36,527 nucleotides of DNA from Smithella sp. (GTDB taxonomy: Bacteria; Desulfobacterota; Syntrophia; Syntrophales; Smithellaceae). Every line of letters starts with the position of its first letter. Position 1 is the stretch's first letter. Shown here in pieces: positions 27,457 to 36,527 of this stretch. The stretch lies in NCBI GenBank assembly GCA_050011015.1, contig JBEKJX010000001.1, positions 1 to 36,527 on the forward strand, written 5' to 3'. The position numbers were made by a program, and so were the translations under genes. The notes below the pieces were generated by a model. The model was not told the origin of the DNA. It did not search any database and saw only the letters and a list, made by a program, of their open reading frames with translations.

Positions 27457-30400
27457 GTGCCAAAACGAAATGACATAAAAAAAATACTGCTTATCGGTTC
27501 CGGCCCGATTATTATCAGCCAGGCCTGTGAATTCGATTATTCAGGAACGCAAGCCTGCAAGGCTCTGCGCGAAGAAGGTTATGAAGTTGTTTTAATCAAC
27601 AGCAATCCGGCAACTATCATGACCGATCCGGAAATGGCCGACCGTACTTATGTGGAGCCGATCACGCCAGAAGCAGTGGAAAAAATTATTGCCCGTGAAC
27701 GGCCGGACGCGCTGCTTCCCACTTTAGGTGGACAAACAGGATTGAATACTGCCGTTGCTCTGGCGGAAAGCGGTGTGCTGGAAAAATACGGCGTGGAAAT
27801 GATCGGGGCGGCGCTGAATGTTATACATAAAGCGGAAGACCGGGAAAAATTCCGCCACGCTATGGAAAAAATCGGATTGCGCGTGCCTAAGAGCGGTTTT
27901 GCACGTTCGATGCAAGAAGTTATGAAAATTGCCGATGATATTGGCTTCCCAATTATTGTGCGCGCGTCATTCACCCTCGGTGGAACTGGCAGTGGTGTGG
28001 CTTATAATCGTGAAGAACTGATGGAAATCGCCAAGTCAGGACTGGATGCCAGCATGATTTCCGAAGTTATGATTGAAGAATCGGTACTAGGCTGGAAAGA
28101 ATACGAACTGGAAGTAATGCGCGACAAGGCTGACAATGTTGTCATCATTTGTTCCATTGAAAATTTTGATGCCATGGGTGTACATACAGGCGAATCCATA
28201 ACGGTTGCCCCGGCGCAGACCCTAACCGATAAAGAATACCAGGTTATGCGTGATGCCTCCATCGCCATCATGCGGGAAATCGGTGTGGAAACAGGCGGTT
28301 CCAATGTACAATTTGCCGTTCATCCGCAAACCGGTGAAATGATCGTTGTTGAAATGAATCCCCGTGTTTCGCGTTCATCAGCGCTGGCTTCCAAAGCCAC
28401 AGGTTTTCCCATTGCTAAAATTGCCGCTAAACTTGCTGTCGGCTATACGCTTGATGAGATTCCCAATGACATTACGCGCGAGACGATGGCTTCATTTGAG
28501 CCGACGATAGATTATTGTGTTGTGAAAATTCCCCGTTGGACGTTTGAAAAATTTCCGGAAACGGAAGATTTTTTAACAACATCGATGAAGTCTGTCGGAG
28601 AGACCATGGCCATTGGGCGGACATTTAAAGAGGCTCTGCAAAAAGCCATCCGTTCGCTGGAAATCGGCCGCTTCATTCTGGGGCAGGCTTTGCCTGCCGG
28701 TTTAAAAGATCAGCATGAATTTCTCAAAAGCAAACTGATCAAACCAAATTCTTTAAGATTATTTTATATAGCCGCGGCTATACAAAACGGGATGACAATT
28801 GAAGAACTTTATGAATTAACTAAAATTGATCCCTGGTTTTTGCATCAGATCAGAGAAATTGTGGAAGCTGAAGATGAGTTAAAGAAATTGCCTCCTTCCG
28901 CTGAATTACTCAGAGAAGCAAAGAAAATGGGATTTGCCGATCGCGCCCTGGCCGCTTTCTGGGGAATGACCGAGCTCGAGATTCGTAAGTGGCGCGAAAA
29001 AGAAAAAATTATTCCCGTATATAAACTTGTGGATACCTGCGCGGCGGAGTTTGAAGCCTACACGCCATATTATTATTCCACTTATGAAACAGAAACCGAA
29101 ACCAGACCCTCTACGAAAAAGAAAATTGCGATCATCGGCGGCGGACCCAACCGTATTGGCCAGGGAATTGAGTTTGATTATTGCTGCGTTCATGCGTCGT
29201 TTGCCTTGCGTGAAGAAGGTTGTGAAAGTATCATGATCAACTCCAATCCCGAAACGGTCAGCACGGATTATGATACATCTGATAAGCTTTTCTTTGAACC
29301 GGTGACGCTGGAAGATGTTTTAAATATCATCCAGGCCGAAAAGCCTGATGGAGTGATTGTCCAGTTTGGCGGTCAGACGCCGCTTAATCTTGCGCGCGGC
29401 CTGGAAGCGGCGGGAGTGCCCATTATCGGAACAACTCCCGATGCCATTGACCGTGCGGAAAATCGCGACCGCTTTCAGGAAATTGTTCACAAACTAAATC
29501 TTAACCAGCCGGATAATGACACGGCGATGGATGTGGAAAAAGCTCTCCTTGCCGCCGAACGCATTGGTTATCCGGTGCTGGTACGGCCATCTTACGTATT
29601 GGGCGGCCGTTCCATGGAAATCGTCTATGATCCCGAAACGCTGCGCAGTTTTATGGCCAAAGCACTGCTCGTTTCTCCCGGCCATCCCATTTTGATTGAT
29701 AAATTTCTTGAAGATGCCGTGGAAATAGATGTGGATGCCTTGAGCGACGGTACGACGACAGTTGTTGCCGGCATCATGGAACATATAGAAGAAGCAGGCA
29801 TTCATTCCGGAGACAGCGCCTGTATTTTACCGCCTCTGTCCCTTGCTCCCGATATTCTGGCACTGATCGAAAAGCAAACTAAACTGCTGGCCGCGGAACT
29901 CAATGTTATCGGTTTGATGAATATTCAATACGCCATTAAAGACGGCAAATTATATGTGCTGGAAGTAAATCCCCGCGCGTCACGTACGGTTCCTTTTGTC
30001 AGCAAAGCCATTGGCGTACCATTGGCGAAATTGGCGACAAAAGTAATGATAGGCAAATCTTTGAAAGAACTTGGTTTTATCAAAACAATAATTCCCAAAC
30101 ATGTTTCGGTTAAAGAAGCTGTTTTCCCGTTCAACCGTTTTCCCGACGTGGATATTTTGCTTGGGCCGGAAATGAAATCAACAGGCGAGGTTATGGGGAT
30201 AGATCGTTCCTTTGGTATGGCCTTTGCCAAATCGCAAATGGCGGCCGGATTCAAAATGCCGGCTAAAGGCAGTGTATTTATCAGCATTAATGATTATTAT
30301 AAGGACAAGATAGTTCCTGTGGCGAAATCTTTTCAGGAAATGGGATTTAAAATCGTGGCGACAAGCGGCACGGCCAGACATCTGAAAGCGCACAACATTG

Positions 30401-30660
30401 ACGCTCAAGTTATTTTTAAAGTCAGTGAAGGCAGGCCTCACATCGTTGATTTGATAAAGAATGGCGATATCCAAATGGTAATCAATACGAGCCTGGGGCG
30501 TAAATCTTCGAAAGATGCTTATCATATCAGACGGGGCGCGCTTATTTATAATATTCTTTACACCACGACTATCGCGGGAGCGCGCGCTTTGTGCGAAGCG
30601 GTAGCGGCAATTATTGCCGAGGACTGGCAAGTATGTCCGTTGCAGGAGTACCATAAATGA
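27457..30660 (+). CDS. carB: Carbamoyl-phosphate synthase large subunit
   Basis: MPKRND...[61 protein letters not shown] and a C-terminal MGS domain. GTG start. Confidence 0.97.
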   Translation: MPKRNDIKKILLIGSGPIIISQACEFDYSGTQACKALREEGYEVVLINSNPATIMTDPEMADRTYVEPITPEAVEKIIARERPDALLPTLGGQTGLNTAVALAESGVLEKYGVEMIGAALNVIHKAEDREKFRHAMEKIGLRVPKSGFARSMQEVMKIADDIGFPIIVRASFTLGGTGSGVAYNREELMEIAKSGLDASMISEVMIEESVLGWKEYELEVMRDKADNVVIICSIENFDAMGVHTGESITVAPAQTLTDKEYQVMRDASIAIMREIGVETGGSNVQFAVHPQTGEMIVVEMNPRVSRSSALASKATGFPIAKIAAKLAVGYTLDEIPNDITRETMASFEPTIDYCVVKIPRWTFEKFPETEDFLTTSMKSVGETMAIGRTFKEALQKAIRSLEIGRFILGQALPAGLKDQHEFLKSKLIKPNSLRLFYIAAAIQNGMTIEELYELTKIDPWFLHQIREIVEAEDELKKLPPSAELLREAKKMGFADRALAAFWGMTELEIRKWREKEKIIPVYKLVDTCAAEFEAYTPYYYSTYETETETRPSTKKKIAIIGGGPNRIGQGIEFDYCCVHASFALREEGCESIMINSNPETVSTDYDTSDKLFFEPVTLEDVLNIIQAEKPDGVIVQFGGQTPLNLARGLEAAGVPIIGTTPDAIDRAENRDRFQEIVHKLNLNQPDNDTAMDVEKALLAAERIGYPVLVRPSYVLGGRSMEIVYDPETLRSFMAKALLVSPGHPILIDKFLEDAVEIDVDALSDGTTTVVAGIMEHIEEAGIHSGDSACILPPLSLAPDILALIEKQTKLLAAELNVIGLMNIQYAIKDGKLYVLEVNPRASRTVPFVSKAIGVPLAKLATKVMIGKSLKELGFIKTIIPKHVSVKEAVFPFNRFPDVDILLGPEMKSTGEVMGIDRSFGMAFAKSQMAAGFKMPAKGSVFISINDYYKDKIVPVAKSFQEMGFKIVATSGTARHLKAHNIDAQVIFKVSEGRPHIVDLIKNGDIQMVINTSLGRKSSKDAYHIRRGALIYNILYTTTIAGARALCEAVAAIIAEDWQVCPLQEYHK

Positions 30661-30784
30661 CGGCCTTGCAAAAAGGCCATATGCTGCGTTGCGCTGCATC
30701 ATTCGTTGTTTCGATGTGCGCAAAAAGTACGTCGCACTCCTCATGTTTTGCGCGCCTTGCCTCTGGAACTTTTTGTAAGGCCGT
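30660..30784. repeat. 125-bp MITE/REP-like palindromic intergenic element
   Basis: 16-bp terminal inverted repeats ACGGCCTTGCAAAAAG / CTTTTTGTAAGGCCGT (2 mismatches as DNA, both G-U compatible). GC-rich self-complementary interior. No transposase. Confidence 0.75.
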
Positions 30785-30867
30785 ATATATAATTAAAAGA
30801 TGGGATGAGAATTTTTTAAGAACTTGTGTTTTAATCAATCCGCTTGAGCGGATAAGAGAGAGGCTAT

Positions 30868-32295
30868 ATGTCATCTTTATTTGAAGAAGCTTTAAATGAA
30901 CCAGGCGGGCCTCGCGAAGAATGCGGCATTTTTGCCATTTACGGCCATGAGGATGCGGCCAGATTAGCATTTTTCGGTCTTTTTGCCTTGCAGCATCGTG
31001 GTCAGGAATCAGCCGGCATTGTCAGTTCCGATGGTTGTAATGTATCGGAACACAAGGGCATGGGACTGGTCTCCGAAGTTTTCAAAGAGGCGACTCTGCA
31101 AAAACTCTCCGGCAAAATGGCCATAGGGCATGTCCGCTATTCAACTACCGGCTCCTCCACTCTTTCCAACGCCCAGCCCTTTTTGGTTCATTTCAGCGAT
31201 GAATATTATGCGCTGGGGCATAACGGCAATATTGTCAACGCGCAGAAATTACGTGAAGAGTTGGAAAGCAGCGGTTCTATTTTTCAATCTACCATGGACA
31301 GCGAAGTCATCATTCATTTGATGGCGCACAATTTGAAAAATGGTTTGGAAGAAGCGTTGTCTGCTGCGCTCGCGCGCGTGGAAGGCGCGTACAGCTTAAT
31401 CATGCTTACCCGCGATAAAATTATTGCCGCCCGTGATCCGCGAGGCTTTCGGCCGCTCGCGCTGGGAAAGCTGAACGGCAGTTGGGTTGTTGCGTCGGAA
31501 ACCTGCGCTTTTGATTTGGTTGGCGCGCAGTATGTACGCGATGTCGAACCCGGCGAAATCATCATCATAGATTCAAAAGGCTGTAAGAGCCTGAAACCTT
31601 TTCCGCCCGTCAAACATTGCCATTGCATTTTTGAACTGATTTATTTTGCCCGTCCCGACAGCCAGATTTTCGGTCAGAATGTTTATATGTACCGTAAAAG
31701 ACTGGGTCATGAACTGGCGCGTGAATACACTCCGGACCTGGACATAGTCATGCCCTTTCCTGATTCCGGCGTTTATGCCGCTCTGGGTTACGCGGAAGAA
31801 AGCGGAATTACTTTTGAGATGGGCATGATTCGTAATCATTACATCGGCAGAACCTTTATCCAGCCGACCCAGCTGATGCGCGATTTCGGCGTCAGAGTAA
31901 AATTAAATCCGGTAAAGGAATTATTAGCCGGCAAGAAAGTGATGATTGTGGAAGACTCCATTATCCGCGGTACCACCAGCCGCAGCCGTGTGCAAAATCT
32001 GCGCGGCATCGGAATGAAAGAAATTCACATGGTTATCAGCTGTCCGCCGACACTCTATCCCTGTCCCTACGGCATTGATTTCTCCTCCAAGGGCGAATTG
32101 ATTGCCGCGAAAAAAGAAAACGAAAAAGCCATCGCCGATTTTATCGGTCTTGATTCGCTGCATTATTTGACAGTGGAAGGTATGATCAGGGCCACGGGCT
32201 TGAGCAAAGATTGTTTTTGCCTGGCCTGCTTTAATGGCAATTATCCCATCGCGCCGCCGGAGAAGATTGATAAGTTTTGCATGGAACTGAAATAG
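30868..32295 (+). CDS. purF: Amidophosphoribosyltransferase (Fe-S type with propeptide)
   Basis: EECGIF (Ntn Cys after propeptide), LQHRGQE, GHVRYST, HNGN, RDPRGFRPL, CIFE-IYFARPDS, EDSIIRGTT, PCPYGID and CLACF. Confidence 0.97.
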   Translation: MSSLFEEALNEPGGPREECGIFAIYGHEDAARLAFFGLFALQHRGQESAGIVSSDGCNVSEHKGMGLVSEVFKEATLQKLSGKMAIGHVRYSTTGSSTLSNAQPFLVHFSDEYYALGHNGNIVNAQKLREELESSGSIFQSTMDSEVIIHLMAHNLKNGLEEALSAALARVEGAYSLIMLTRDKIIAARDPRGFRPLALGKLNGSWVVASETCAFDLVGAQYVRDVEPGEIIIIDSKGCKSLKPFPPVKHCHCIFELIYFARPDSQIFGQNVYMYRKRLGHELAREYTPDLDIVMPFPDSGVYAALGYAEESGITFEMGMIRNHYIGRTFIQPTQLMRDFGVRVKLNPVKELLAGKKVMIVEDSIIRGTTSRSRVQNLRGIGMKEIHMVISCPPTLYPCPYGIDFSSKGELIAAKKENEKAIADFIGLDSLHYLTVEGMIRATGLSKDCFCLACFNGNYPIAPPEKIDKFCMELK

Positions 32296-32299
32296 AAGC

Positions 32300-32423
32300 A
32301 TACCATTCCGCTTTTTTCGGCTAACTTTGTTGGCCTCGTCGTCGGCTTCCTCGACGTATGTTCATATACGCCTGCGGAGCCTCCTCCTTGCCGCCGCATT
32401 ATCCAAAAAAATCGAAACGGTAT
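32300..32423. repeat. 124-bp MITE/REP-like palindromic intergenic element
   Basis: Imperfect terminal inverted repeats ATACCATTCCGCTTTTTTCGG / CCAAAAAAATCGAAACGGTAT. The interior TCGACGTA...TACGCC...CCTTGCC resembles the 30660 element. Confidence 0.65.
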
Positions 32424-32596
32424 ACAATGATCTTTACATTTATTTTCTTTCAAATTTCTTCTTTACAAAAGAATCAGATTTGTTACGCTTTTGTCTAAAT
32501 AACACGTGTTCTTCAGATTATCAGCTTAAATGAGACTGACATTTAAAATAAATTTATTATTTATCTTTACAATAATGGTTTTTGGGAGGCTGTAAT

Positions 32597-33340
32597 ATGC
32601 AGAACAAATTTCTTTATTTCCCCAGTGGGGAGTGGCCTGCCGCGCAAGCGCTCGAGTATGAAAATATGAAGCTCTGGCAGGCAACGGCTACGGATTATCA
32701 GGGTTTAATCGCCTCTCATAAAGCGTCCGCGCCTAATGGAACCATTGTTCTTTTTCACGGCAATGGCGGCACGGCGCTTGACAGAGGATTCTACTTTGCG
32801 CCTTTTATAGAATTGGGCTTCCGCGTAATCCTGGCTGAATATCCTAAATACGGGGGGCGTCCCGGAAAGGTGGGAGAAAAACCATTTGTTGCCGATGGCG
32901 TGGAAACTGTCCGCCTGGCGTACGAACAATATGGAGAACCACTTTATCTTACGGGAGAATCGCTGGGTTGCGGTGTTGCCGCTGCCGTCGCAAAACAACC
33001 ACCAAAGCCCATCGCCGGTATAATATTAATTACGCCCTGGGACACGCTGGCTTCTGTTGCCAAATCGATGTTTCCTTTTCTGCCCGTGAAGCTGGTTTTG
33101 ACCGACAAGTATGACAGTATTGAAAATCTGAAATCTTTTAAAAACAAAATTTCCGTTGTGGGAGCCGAGCGTGATGAGATCCTGCCGATTAAACACGCGA
33201 TTAATTTGTATGACTCTCTTCCCGAAGGCAGAAAACGCATGTGGATAATCAAAGGCGCTGGTCATAACGATTGGCCGATGTACGCCGCCCCATTATTATT
33301 CAAAGAAATAACCGATTTTGTCAGGATTGATAAGTCATAG
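32597..33340 (+). CDS. Alpha/beta hydrolase (ABHD/Hydrolase_4-like), probably originally a lipoprotein starting at 32530
   Basis: FLYFP, FHGNG, EYPKYG, nucleophile GESLG, acid RDEI and GAGHND. An upstream out-of-frame signal peptide starts at 32530. Confidence 0.88.
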   Translation: MQNKFLYFPSGEWPAAQALEYENMKLWQATATDYQGLIASHKASAPNGTIVLFHGNGGTALDRGFYFAPFIELGFRVILAEYPKYGGRPGKVGEKPFVADGVETVRLAYEQYGEPLYLTGESLGCGVAAAVAKQPPKPIAGIILITPWDTLASVAKSMFPFLPVKLVLTDKYDSIENLKSFKNKISVVGAERDEILPIKHAINLYDSLPEGRKRMWIIKGAGHNDWPMYAAPLLFKEITDFVRIDKS

Positions 33341-33460
33341 GCAAGCTCATTGAGATTTTGTTAAACTTTTTGTGGTGGAAAACAAAACAAAGAGAAGATA
33401 TAAGTCAATAAAACATAGAGGAGGAAAACGCCCATTTACCGCCGAGTAACTTTAGCGCGG

Positions 33461-34456
33461 GTGCTGCAAATCAGCGCCCTGATGACTTTAATTTTTCTCG
33501 TGATTTGTGTTGTTTCTCTTTTAGTGGGCAGCGTCTATATTTCTCCGGGGAAAGTTTTTAGTTCCCTTGTCAATGCTCTTACGGGAAAGTTGTCCTTGTC
33601 TTCCGAAGAAGAATTAATTATATTTTCAGTACGCCTGCCGCGGATTGTTTTCGCGGGAATTGTAGGCGCGTCCCTTTCTATTGGCGGAGTTATTTTTCAG
33701 GCGATTCTGCGCAATCCACTGGCTGATCCTTATATTTTGGGAATATCGGGCGGCTCTGCCCTCGGAGCGATTATAGGCATTATTCTTGGCGCGGGTTCTT
33801 TTTATTTGGGTGTGCCGCTGCTGGCTTTTGTGGGAGCGCTGGCCACGGTATTTTTAGTGTTTATTGTTGCCGGTGGCACCCGAGGGCCTCTTATGGATAA
33901 TTCGCTTTTACTTTCCGGCGTCGTCGTGAACGCTTTTTTTTCCGCGGCCATTCTCTTTTTTCTTTCAGTAGTCAACAGCATGGAATTGCGCAGCATCACA
34001 TTTTGGCTGATGGGCGATCTTTCGCAGGCATCAAGCAGGGAAGTTTACGTTGCGGCTTTCTGCCTTATTGCCGGTTTTATACTGCTTTACGCGCAAGCTC
34101 GGAAACTGAACATCATTGTGCAGGGCGAAGAAACCGCCATGCATTTAGGGATCAATGTGGAGAAAACGAAGCAATGGCTGCTTGTCGTAACCTCGCTTAT
34201 TATTTCCGTGGCAGTATCTTTGGCGGGCATCATCGGTTTTGTGGGTATTATGGTGCCGCATTTGATGCGCCTTGTTTTCGGTTCCGATCACCGTTTGCTT
34301 TTGCCGGTATCGGCCTTGTTTGGCGCGTCATTTTTGATTGTTGCCGATACCATAGCCAGAGTTATTCTCGCGCCGGCTGAATTGCCTGTCGGAGTCATAA
34401 CGGCGCTTTGCGGCGCGCCTTATTTCATCTTTCTTTTGAAAAGGACGGCGCGCTAG
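33461..34456 (+). CDS. btuC: FecCD/BtuC-family ABC permease, likely for cobalamin
   Basis: RLPR, QAILRNPLADPYILGISGG, FWLMGDL, GEETA-HLG, GFVG-PH and ELPVG-TA-GAPYF. Adjacent to a B12 riboswitch. The true start may lie further upstream. Confidence 0.85.
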   Translation: MLQISALMTLIFLVICVVSLLVGSVYISPGKVFSSLVNALTGKLSLSSEEELIIFSVRLPRIVFAGIVGASLSIGGVIFQAILRNPLADPYILGISGGSALGAIIGIILGAGSFYLGVPLLAFVGALATVFLVFIVAGGTRGPLMDNSLLLSGVVVNAFFSAAILFFLSVVNSMELRSITFWLMGDLSQASSREVYVAAFCLIAGFILLYAQARKLNIIVQGEETAMHLGINVEKTKQWLLVVTSLIISVAVSLAGIIGFVGIMVPHLMRLVFGSDHRLLLPVSALFGASFLIVADTIARVILAPAELPVGVITALCGAPYFIFLLKRTAR

Positions 34457-34458
34457 CT

Positions 34459-35235
34459 ATGCCCATAATCAACGCTCAAAACATAAACTTCAGTTATCCC
34501 ACTAAGCCTGTGATGGAAGGGCTTTCATTTACTATTAATGAAGCACAAATCGCGGCAATTATCGGGCCCAACGGTTCCGGTAAAACCACTCTTTTAAGAA
34601 TTATTAACGGTACGCTTTTTCCCAATGCCGGGCAAATGCTTATTGACGGCAAAGAAACAAGCCGATGGTCACGAAAAGAAATTGCGCGAAAAGTCGCTAT
34701 CGTGCCGCAGGATACGTCCGTCATTTTCCCTTTTTACGCGGAGGAAATTGTGCTGATGGGAAGATTCCCGCATTTTAGCAGATACCGTTTTGAGGATAAA
34801 AAAGATTACCGGATAGTCCATGAAGCTATGGAAAAAACGGACACGCTTGCTTTTGCCGCCCGGCGTTTTAACGAGCTCAGCGCAGGAGAACGTCAACGAG
34901 TGCTGATTGCTCGCGCTCTGGCCCAGGAGCCAAAATTATTGCTGCTCGATGAAAGTACCGTTTTCCTGGATCTGAAACATCAGGCTCAGTTTTTAGCTTT
35001 GCTGCGGCAGCTAAACACAGCGCAACAACTCACCGTAATTTTTGTTACTCATGATATCAATCTGGCCGCGCAAAACGCAAACCGGATAATTTTACTTGAT
35101 TCCGGAAAAATTTATGCTATAGGAATGCCCGCGGAAGTCATTACCGCGGCGAACATAAAAGAGGTTTACGATGTCAATGTTCTGGTGGATCAAAATCCGC
35201 AAAACGGATTGCCCCGGATGACATTGTTGACCTGA
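34459..35235 (+). CDS. btuD: ABC transporter ATP-binding subunit (iron-siderophore/cobalamin family)
   Basis: GPNGSGKT, VPQ, GRFPH, LSAGERQRV-IARALAQ, LLLDE and THD. ATG at 34459. Confidence 0.88.
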   Translation: MPIINAQNINFSYPTKPVMEGLSFTINEAQIAAIIGPNGSGKTTLLRIINGTLFPNAGQMLIDGKETSRWSRKEIARKVAIVPQDTSVIFPFYAEEIVLMGRFPHFSRYRFEDKKDYRIVHEAMEKTDTLAFAARRFNELSAGERQRVLIARALAQEPKLLLLDESTVFLDLKHQAQFLALLRQLNTAQQLTVIFVTHDINLAAQNANRIILLDSGKIYAIGMPAEVITAANIKEVYDVNVLVDQNPQNGLPRMTLLT

Positions 35236-35400
35236 TTAGGCTAATTACAAGCTAATTAGCGAAGATTGCCAATAAAGGAAGCCGGTTAAAATCCGGCGCT
35301 GCCCCGCAACTGTAAGCGGAACGAAATCCACGTTAATCCACTGATGCTTTAAGCATTGGGAAGGAGTGGAGACTAGGGAGCCGCAAGTCAGGAAACTTTA
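35236..35400 (+). ncRNA. Cobalamin riboswitch
   Basis: AAAGGAAGCCGGTTAAAATCCGGCGCTGCCCCGCAACTGTAA ... CCACTG ... TGGGAAGG ... AAGTCAGGAAAC (B12 box), directly upstream of a TonB receptor. Boundaries approximate. Confidence 0.93.
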
Positions 35401-35445
35401 TGGTAGTCCAACTTACTTATTCCCGAGGGGGAAAGGAGAAGCTCC

Positions 35446-36527
35446 ATGAAGAAAGTCTTATTTTTAGTTCTGTTGTTTTCCGTAGTCAGTTTTTCACAAT
35501 TACATGCCGAGAGTAAAAATTATAATGCGCCTGACGCGTCCGTCACACTTGATACCGAGGATAAAAATGATTATGCACCCGAAACAGTTGTGACGATGGG
35601 AGAAGTTGTCGTTACGGCCACACGCGACACGCAGGAAGTCCGCAAAACCCCGGCCAATGTCACCGTTATTACCGCTGAAGAAATCGAAAAATCCGGGGCA
35701 ACAACTATCGTTGATGTACTTGATAAACTCGAAAGCATTCAATTTCGCACTTACAGCGGTAATGCCTCTCAAGCGTACATCGACATGCGCGGTATCGGTG
35801 GAGATAATCCTTACGGAAAAACATTGATTATGCTGGATGGCGTCCATTTAAACCGGACGGATATGTCTTCAATCAACTGGATGGAAATACCGGTCGACAC
35901 TATAGACAGAATAGAGATAGTCCGGGGACCGGGCAGTGTCCTTTATGGCGATTCGGCCATCGGTGGCATGATCAACATTATTACCAAGAAGGGACAGGGT
36001 GAACCAAAAATTAATGCGTCTATTATTATGGGGAGCGATGGTCTCAACGACGAACGGGTTGGCGTAACCGGCGCCACCGGTAAATGGACATACGCAGTAA
36101 AAGGGGAAAATAACTTTTCCTTCGGTTATCGGGATCGTTCAAAATATTCCGCGCAGGGCGGCGGTTTTGATTTGGGATATTCCCCCACCGACTTGTTGAA
36201 TGTTTCTTTAGATGTCTCGTTTGATAAATCGGATTATCAAATGCCGGGCGCTCTGACGCAGGCACAGATGGAGCAAAATCCGCGACAATACCAGAATTTC
36301 CCACCGATATTGTATAGTACAGCAACTCCAGACGATGATGGTTCAAATAAATATACCAACGTCAATTTGGGCATTAAATCTTTCTGGGGAGCATGGGGAC
36401 AATTCGAAATTAATTTTCTGTATGGTAACAAAGATAATCAATCTAATATGGAATCATGGTATTCCTACAAATATTCCGAGACAAATGACTATACCTACGG
36501 CATTACTCCTAAATACATTCTAGCTAA
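35446..36527 (+). CDS. btuB: TonB-dependent outer-membrane receptor, BtuB-like (3'-truncated, absent from the ORF track)
   Basis: AAGGAG RBS, signal peptide MKKVLFLVLLFSVVSFSQLHA, TonB box EVVVTATR, plug motifs MRG, LDGV and IDRIEIVRGPGSVLYGDSAIGGMINIITKK. Frame matches at both ends and runs off the window. Confidence 0.9.
   Translation, partial: MKKVLFLVLLFSVVSFSQLHAESKNYNAPDASVTLDTEDKNDYAPETVVTMGEVVVTATRDTQEVRKTPANVTVITAEEIEKSGATTIVDVLDKLESIQFRTYSGNASQAYIDMRGIGGDNPYGKTLIMLDGVHLNRTDMSSINWMEIPVDTIDRIEIVRGPGSVLYGDSAIGGMINIITKKGQGEPKINASIIMGSDGLNDERVGVTGATGKWTYAVKGENNFSFGYRDRSKYSAQGGGFDLGYSPTDLLNVSLDVSFDKSDYQMPGALTQAQMEQNPRQYQNFPPILYSTATPDDDGSNKYTNVNLGIKSFWGAWGQFEINFLYGNKDNQSNMESWYSYKYSETNDYTYGITPKYILA

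Noticed and set aside
30611-30970. Short ORFs on both strands between carB and purF (and 32241-32533 after purF)
   Set aside because: They are chance reading frames through the palindromic repeat elements.
1-36527. CRISPR array, prophage, integrase, transposase or defence genes
   Set aside because: No regularly spaced repeat-spacer pattern was seen and no ORF carries such motifs.

Overview
Chromosomal window from an anaerobic bacterium. Gene content and the ~125-bp intergenic repeats suggest Desulfobacterota, Syntrophaceae/Smithella-like (inference). The left end holds a 5'-truncated PAS-PAS-GGDEF-EAL gene, a DEAD-box helicase and a class I aminotransferase. The core is a nitrogen-assimilation locus. 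It starts with a GAF-AAA+-HTH sigma54 activator, tRNA-Gln(CTG) and two gene relics. A ~14-kb operon with a sigma54-type promoter follows: mvhD-metF*-gltB2*-gltB2-gltB1/3-hdrC-hdrB-hdrL-mvhD-metV (* = degenerate active-site motifs). Then come type III glutamine synthetase, also with a sigma54-type promoter, and carA-guaA-carB-purF. The right end has an alpha/beta hydrolase with a frameshifted lipoprotein signal, btuC/btuD-like genes, a cobalamin riboswitch and a 3'-truncated TonB-dependent receptor. The best candidate for a new system is the operon. A split glutamate synthase with no gltD is interleaved with an Hdr-MvhD-MetVF electron-bifurcation module whose HdrL carries a GltD-like NAD(P)H domain and whose MetF lacks the catalytic Asp. 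This suggests an Hdr-coupled, possibly electron-bifurcating GOGAT, co-regulated with glnA through a shared WCA-W4-TGT tandem enhancer. All calls come from reading motifs by eye; no database searches were run.
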